DNA of 64,000 nucleotides from Raillietiella orientalis (Eukaryota), in assembly GCA_036172245.1 (NCBI GenBank), contig JAYWIR010000003.1, forward strand, positions 4,030,001 through 4,094,000, read 5' to 3'. This document shows positions 60,689-64,000 of the stretch, in pieces. The notes beneath the pieces were generated by a model. The model ran no database searches, was not told the origin of the DNA, and worked only from the letters and a program-made list of their open reading frames with translations. Position 1 is the first letter of the stretch, and every line of letters begins with the position of its first letter. The position numbers were made by a program, and so were the translations under genes.

Positions 60689-63308
60689 GTTAGTAAAATA
60701 TTATTTTTTCTTGTATCCATAATTAATGAAAATCGTAAGCGTCTCTGAGAATTCATGTAATTCATCATTACGCTTTAATCTGTTTTGCAATCAGAAATTA
60801 TAAAGTTAAAACGATGGCAGTTATGTATTCTAGAGAATACTTGTTCATCTATGCAAAGATTTGTGAAGTCTACAGTTGAATTCGAATTTTTAGGATGTTT
60901 ATGTACCCGTGAAAACAGAAAAGTGCGAATCAGAAGAACCCTGGGAGCCGGCTGCGCTGAAAGATGAAGATGAGATGGCATTTGAAATTATGGAAAGTTT
61001 AGTATGTGTAAAATGCCGGTATTACCATATATTTATTTCATAACCTTATGCCAGGTTTTTGTGTAAATCGATTGAGAACTTGGAAATATTTCATGAATTT
61101 GCAATATGATGTTTAAACAGATGCACAATTCTTCAGTTAGTTTGTAAAAGGCTATTGCATGATGCAAATCATTGCACAATTTTATGTCATTATATCACCC
61201 TTGTATGTTATTAGCACAGCAGTTATTAGGACTATGAGCTTTTGTGCTAATTGAATACACACTTTGAATACACAAAGCTGTGTTTTGTGTATTGTGTATG
61301 TTATGTGTTTTGTGTGTGTTATGTGCCAAATATGAACTTTTCCGTTGCACAAAGAGTTTAATGTAGAACTTCTTTACTAATCTTGAAAACAGCTAGTCAT
61401 CTCTTAAACAGCGGGTGTAATGAATTTATATTGGTTTGGTTCAGCAGATTGCAAAGGCAAATTTCTCTTGTTAAATTTGTGGTTCTAGCTCATCATGATG
61501 CTTAATGCCAAGCATGTTATGGAAACGTTTTTGCTATCTTTGGAATTTATGAAATCATGAACTAATCTTCAAGATACATTTATTTATGTTGTTATAATCA
61601 GTTATTATAGAGGTAGTGCATTACATTTTGTGATTCATGGTTTGTAATATTTGGATTGGAAGCTTGGAAGCTTTAGTAATTTTCCTATTGGAAGCTTTCA
61701 TAATTTTCATTTTTTTTGTATTTCTTTTCATTTGATACATTTCATTTGATCTTTTCATTTTGTACTGGACATGTCTGTAACTAATTTAATTTTTTTTCTC
61801 TTCAAAAAGGATATTTCTTTAATGTTGTATTTATTTTACCAATATAACACCATCTACAAAATCTTATTTCAAGTAAAGGTTGTATTCTTAATGGAATCTG
61901 TAGTTACTTGATACTGGGTATGCTTGCTGTTTTCTCAGTAAAGAATTTTCATTTTTACTAGCCAAAGGCTATAGAATCATTGAAAAGATTTTTTGAATTT
62001 TATTCAAATGCCTTTAAGATATTCCTTGGCCAATATTTTCAGGTTCATGAAAACTCATCAAGTACATAGAGTACATATTTTGTTTAGTGCATACAGATTT
62101 CATGTTGAAATTCCTGAAAAATTAGTTATTTTGTTTATACAGTGCATACAAATTTCTTTCTCGAACATTCACAAATGTCTTTTTTCATAAGTTCCAGAAA
62201 TAGAGAAAAAATAGAATTTTATGCATGAAAATTCCTTGAATTCACTATTAGGAAGTGTGCTTTATATATTTTTTTCAGGTAATTCTTTGAATGTGATTTT
62301 AAAAGCATTTATAAAAATGGCAACCACCAACTATAAACAAAATTCGGTTTAATTCTAGCGTTGTAATTGATGTTTATGAACAGCTATCCAAATCTAATTT
62401 TATTTTCACTGATGCATGAACTCATATAAGTCAAGTTGTGCTCTTGATCCACTTGATACTTACATGCTGTCACTTGATTATGAAAGATATTTCCATTACC
62501 CACTCCTATGTTGGCAACATCATTGTGCTTCATTGTTCTTTGTTGCATTAATTTAAATCAATTAATCCATTGTGGTTTAGTTTGAAGTCAGTAGCCAATG
62601 AAGTGAGTCAGATGAAAGTTTTCATTGTCTGGATTAAGTTTGAAAGTTTGTATACATGAATGCACTTTGACTTTAATCTAGGATGATTGAATTCAGCGCA
62701 TCACCGATAGACCAAAGTCATAGTCGGAAATTTCGCCTTTTTCTTTTTTTTTTTTATTCTAACCTGAATGTAAATTAAGAAGTCATCTGGGTTTCAGTGG
62801 ACTGGATGTAGCACCAGGCAACCAGCTTGTAGAATGTCAGGAGTGTCATTGTCTCTATCATCAGAAATGTCATATTCCTCCAGTGAATGATGAGGAAGTT
62901 TATGATCCAAGATTGTTGTGGCATTGTTGCAAGTGTCAGCAAGATGTTGAAACTAAGGTAATGCATAGTAACCATGAAAGTAACTAACAATTGAGCAGAA
63001 TACAAAAACAGTTCCTGCAACACCTGCTTCCAATTTTTGGGGAGGAACTGCTGCAAAATCCAGTAAAGCAAATTCATCAAACACAACCACAAAGAATTCG
63101 CATTCTTTCAAAAACTTAACTGCTAAAAGTAAATATGAATAAATATTGAAATTGAGCAGTGACCTGATAATATCTAATCGCAGGTGGCAGTCCAAGTAAA
63201 ACAACTCCACTTCAGTTAAGCACATCCTTGTTGAATGCAGATAAGAGACTACAGATAATGAAGCGTAAAGCTGCAGCTAAGATGCATGAGAAAAGGATGC
63301 TTAAATAA
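60518..63308 (+). CDS. INTS12: Integrator complex subunit 12 (PHD finger), 5 coding exons, 236 aa
   Basis: Exons 60518-60688, 60894-61018, 62798-62957, 62999-63128, 63184-63308 with matching phases. N-terminal [53 protein letters not shown]-terminal [16 protein letters not shown]. Confidence 0.93.
60894..61018 (+). CDS. INTS12: INTS12 coding exon 2
   Basis: DVYVPVK...[22 protein letters not shown]. Confidence 0.88.
62798..62957 (+). CDS. INTS12: INTS12 coding exon 3 (PHD finger)
   Basis: [59 protein letters not shown]. Confidence 0.92.
62999..63128 (+). CDS. INTS12: INTS12 coding exon 4
   Basis: [22 protein letters not shown]...NLTAK|GTAAAT; Ser/Thr-rich. Confidence 0.8.
63184..63308 (+). 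CDS. INTS12: INTS12 coding exon 5
   Basis: [40 protein letters not shown]. Confidence 0.9.
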
Positions 63309-64000
63309 GCCATGCTGCAGCTGTTTTTGATTTTCCCAAATTACAATCCATATTGTATTTTGAGAAGAAAAAAGATGCATTGTGATAGAAAATGTGTTCT
63401 ATATTTGTTTGAGAAGAACTTTGGTATGCATCAGCTATAATGTGGATGCATAATTTTTTTAAGATTTGCAAGTATGCTTGCAGATTACTATATTTACAGG
63501 TTTTATATCATTGTGGTATTCTTATATTATCATTCTTCATTATTGCATGCTTTTGTAGTATTTGAAATAAGATGCTGAAGTGTATTCATATTCCAATTAA
63601 GAAGAAACCTATTTCTGCTGCAAATTCACCATGGCATGCCAGATTTTGAATTTAATGTAGTGTTTTGTCAAATTTTACGAAATATCCTGAATGTTTGTAG
63701 TAGAGTGATTAGTAACTTGGAATTAAATACCAAGAAGTAATATGTCATCATGTTTTAGTTACAGAATACAGATACTAGTGTGCAGTTTTGGGATGATAAA
63801 TGTTTTTAATTTGGTGATAACGTTGCTAATTTGACCTCAGTGCTGTTTAGATATTCATATCACAATAAAAGGCAGCATTCAAGGTTTTCCAAGTTTTACA
63901 TGGTGCACAGGTTTGGCATACAAACACTCATTAAATCTGGTTTGCCTACCAGGAATAAGTGATAGTTCAATTAGGTTTGCATTCCAATTGGAGGTGAAAC

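Noticed and set aside
7077..63308. Functional link between the U2 fragment and INTS12 (snRNA 3' processing)
   Set aside because: They are 53 kb apart and the U2 piece is explained by Utopia; coincidence is the simplest explanation.

Overview
Eukaryotic (arthropod-like) genomic DNA made of GC/CpG-rich blocks of nested, decayed transposable elements (about 1-11.2 kb, 27.8-28.9 kb, 35-54.6 kb) alternating with AT-rich stretches. Two intron-containing genes can be reconstructed by hand with consistent splice phases. One is a 9-exon SLC22-family organic cation/carcinine-like transporter (minus strand, 37987->29321, ~550 aa). The other is a compact 5-exon Integrator subunit 12 (INTS12, plus strand, 60518-63308, 236 aa). 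Mobile DNA includes a 5'-truncated Utopia/NeSL restriction-like-endonuclease retrotransposon still fused to a U2 snRNA target fragment and interrupted by a Tigger/pogo-type MITE. It also includes five 3' ends and one near full-length relic of L1/Tx1-type LINEs, I/Jockey-type LINE relics, and Gypsy, mariner, hAT, piggyBac and Helitron remnants. The most distinctive unexplained element is an ~700-800 bp tRNA-headed SINE-like family (8 whole or partial copies, all plus strand) whose body is a variable-number array of ~40-bp units, each centred on a C(UUCG)G-type hairpin. Nearly all long ORFs in the supplied track are artefacts of GC-rich decayed repeats. All family assignments come from motif recognition by eye; no database searches were run.
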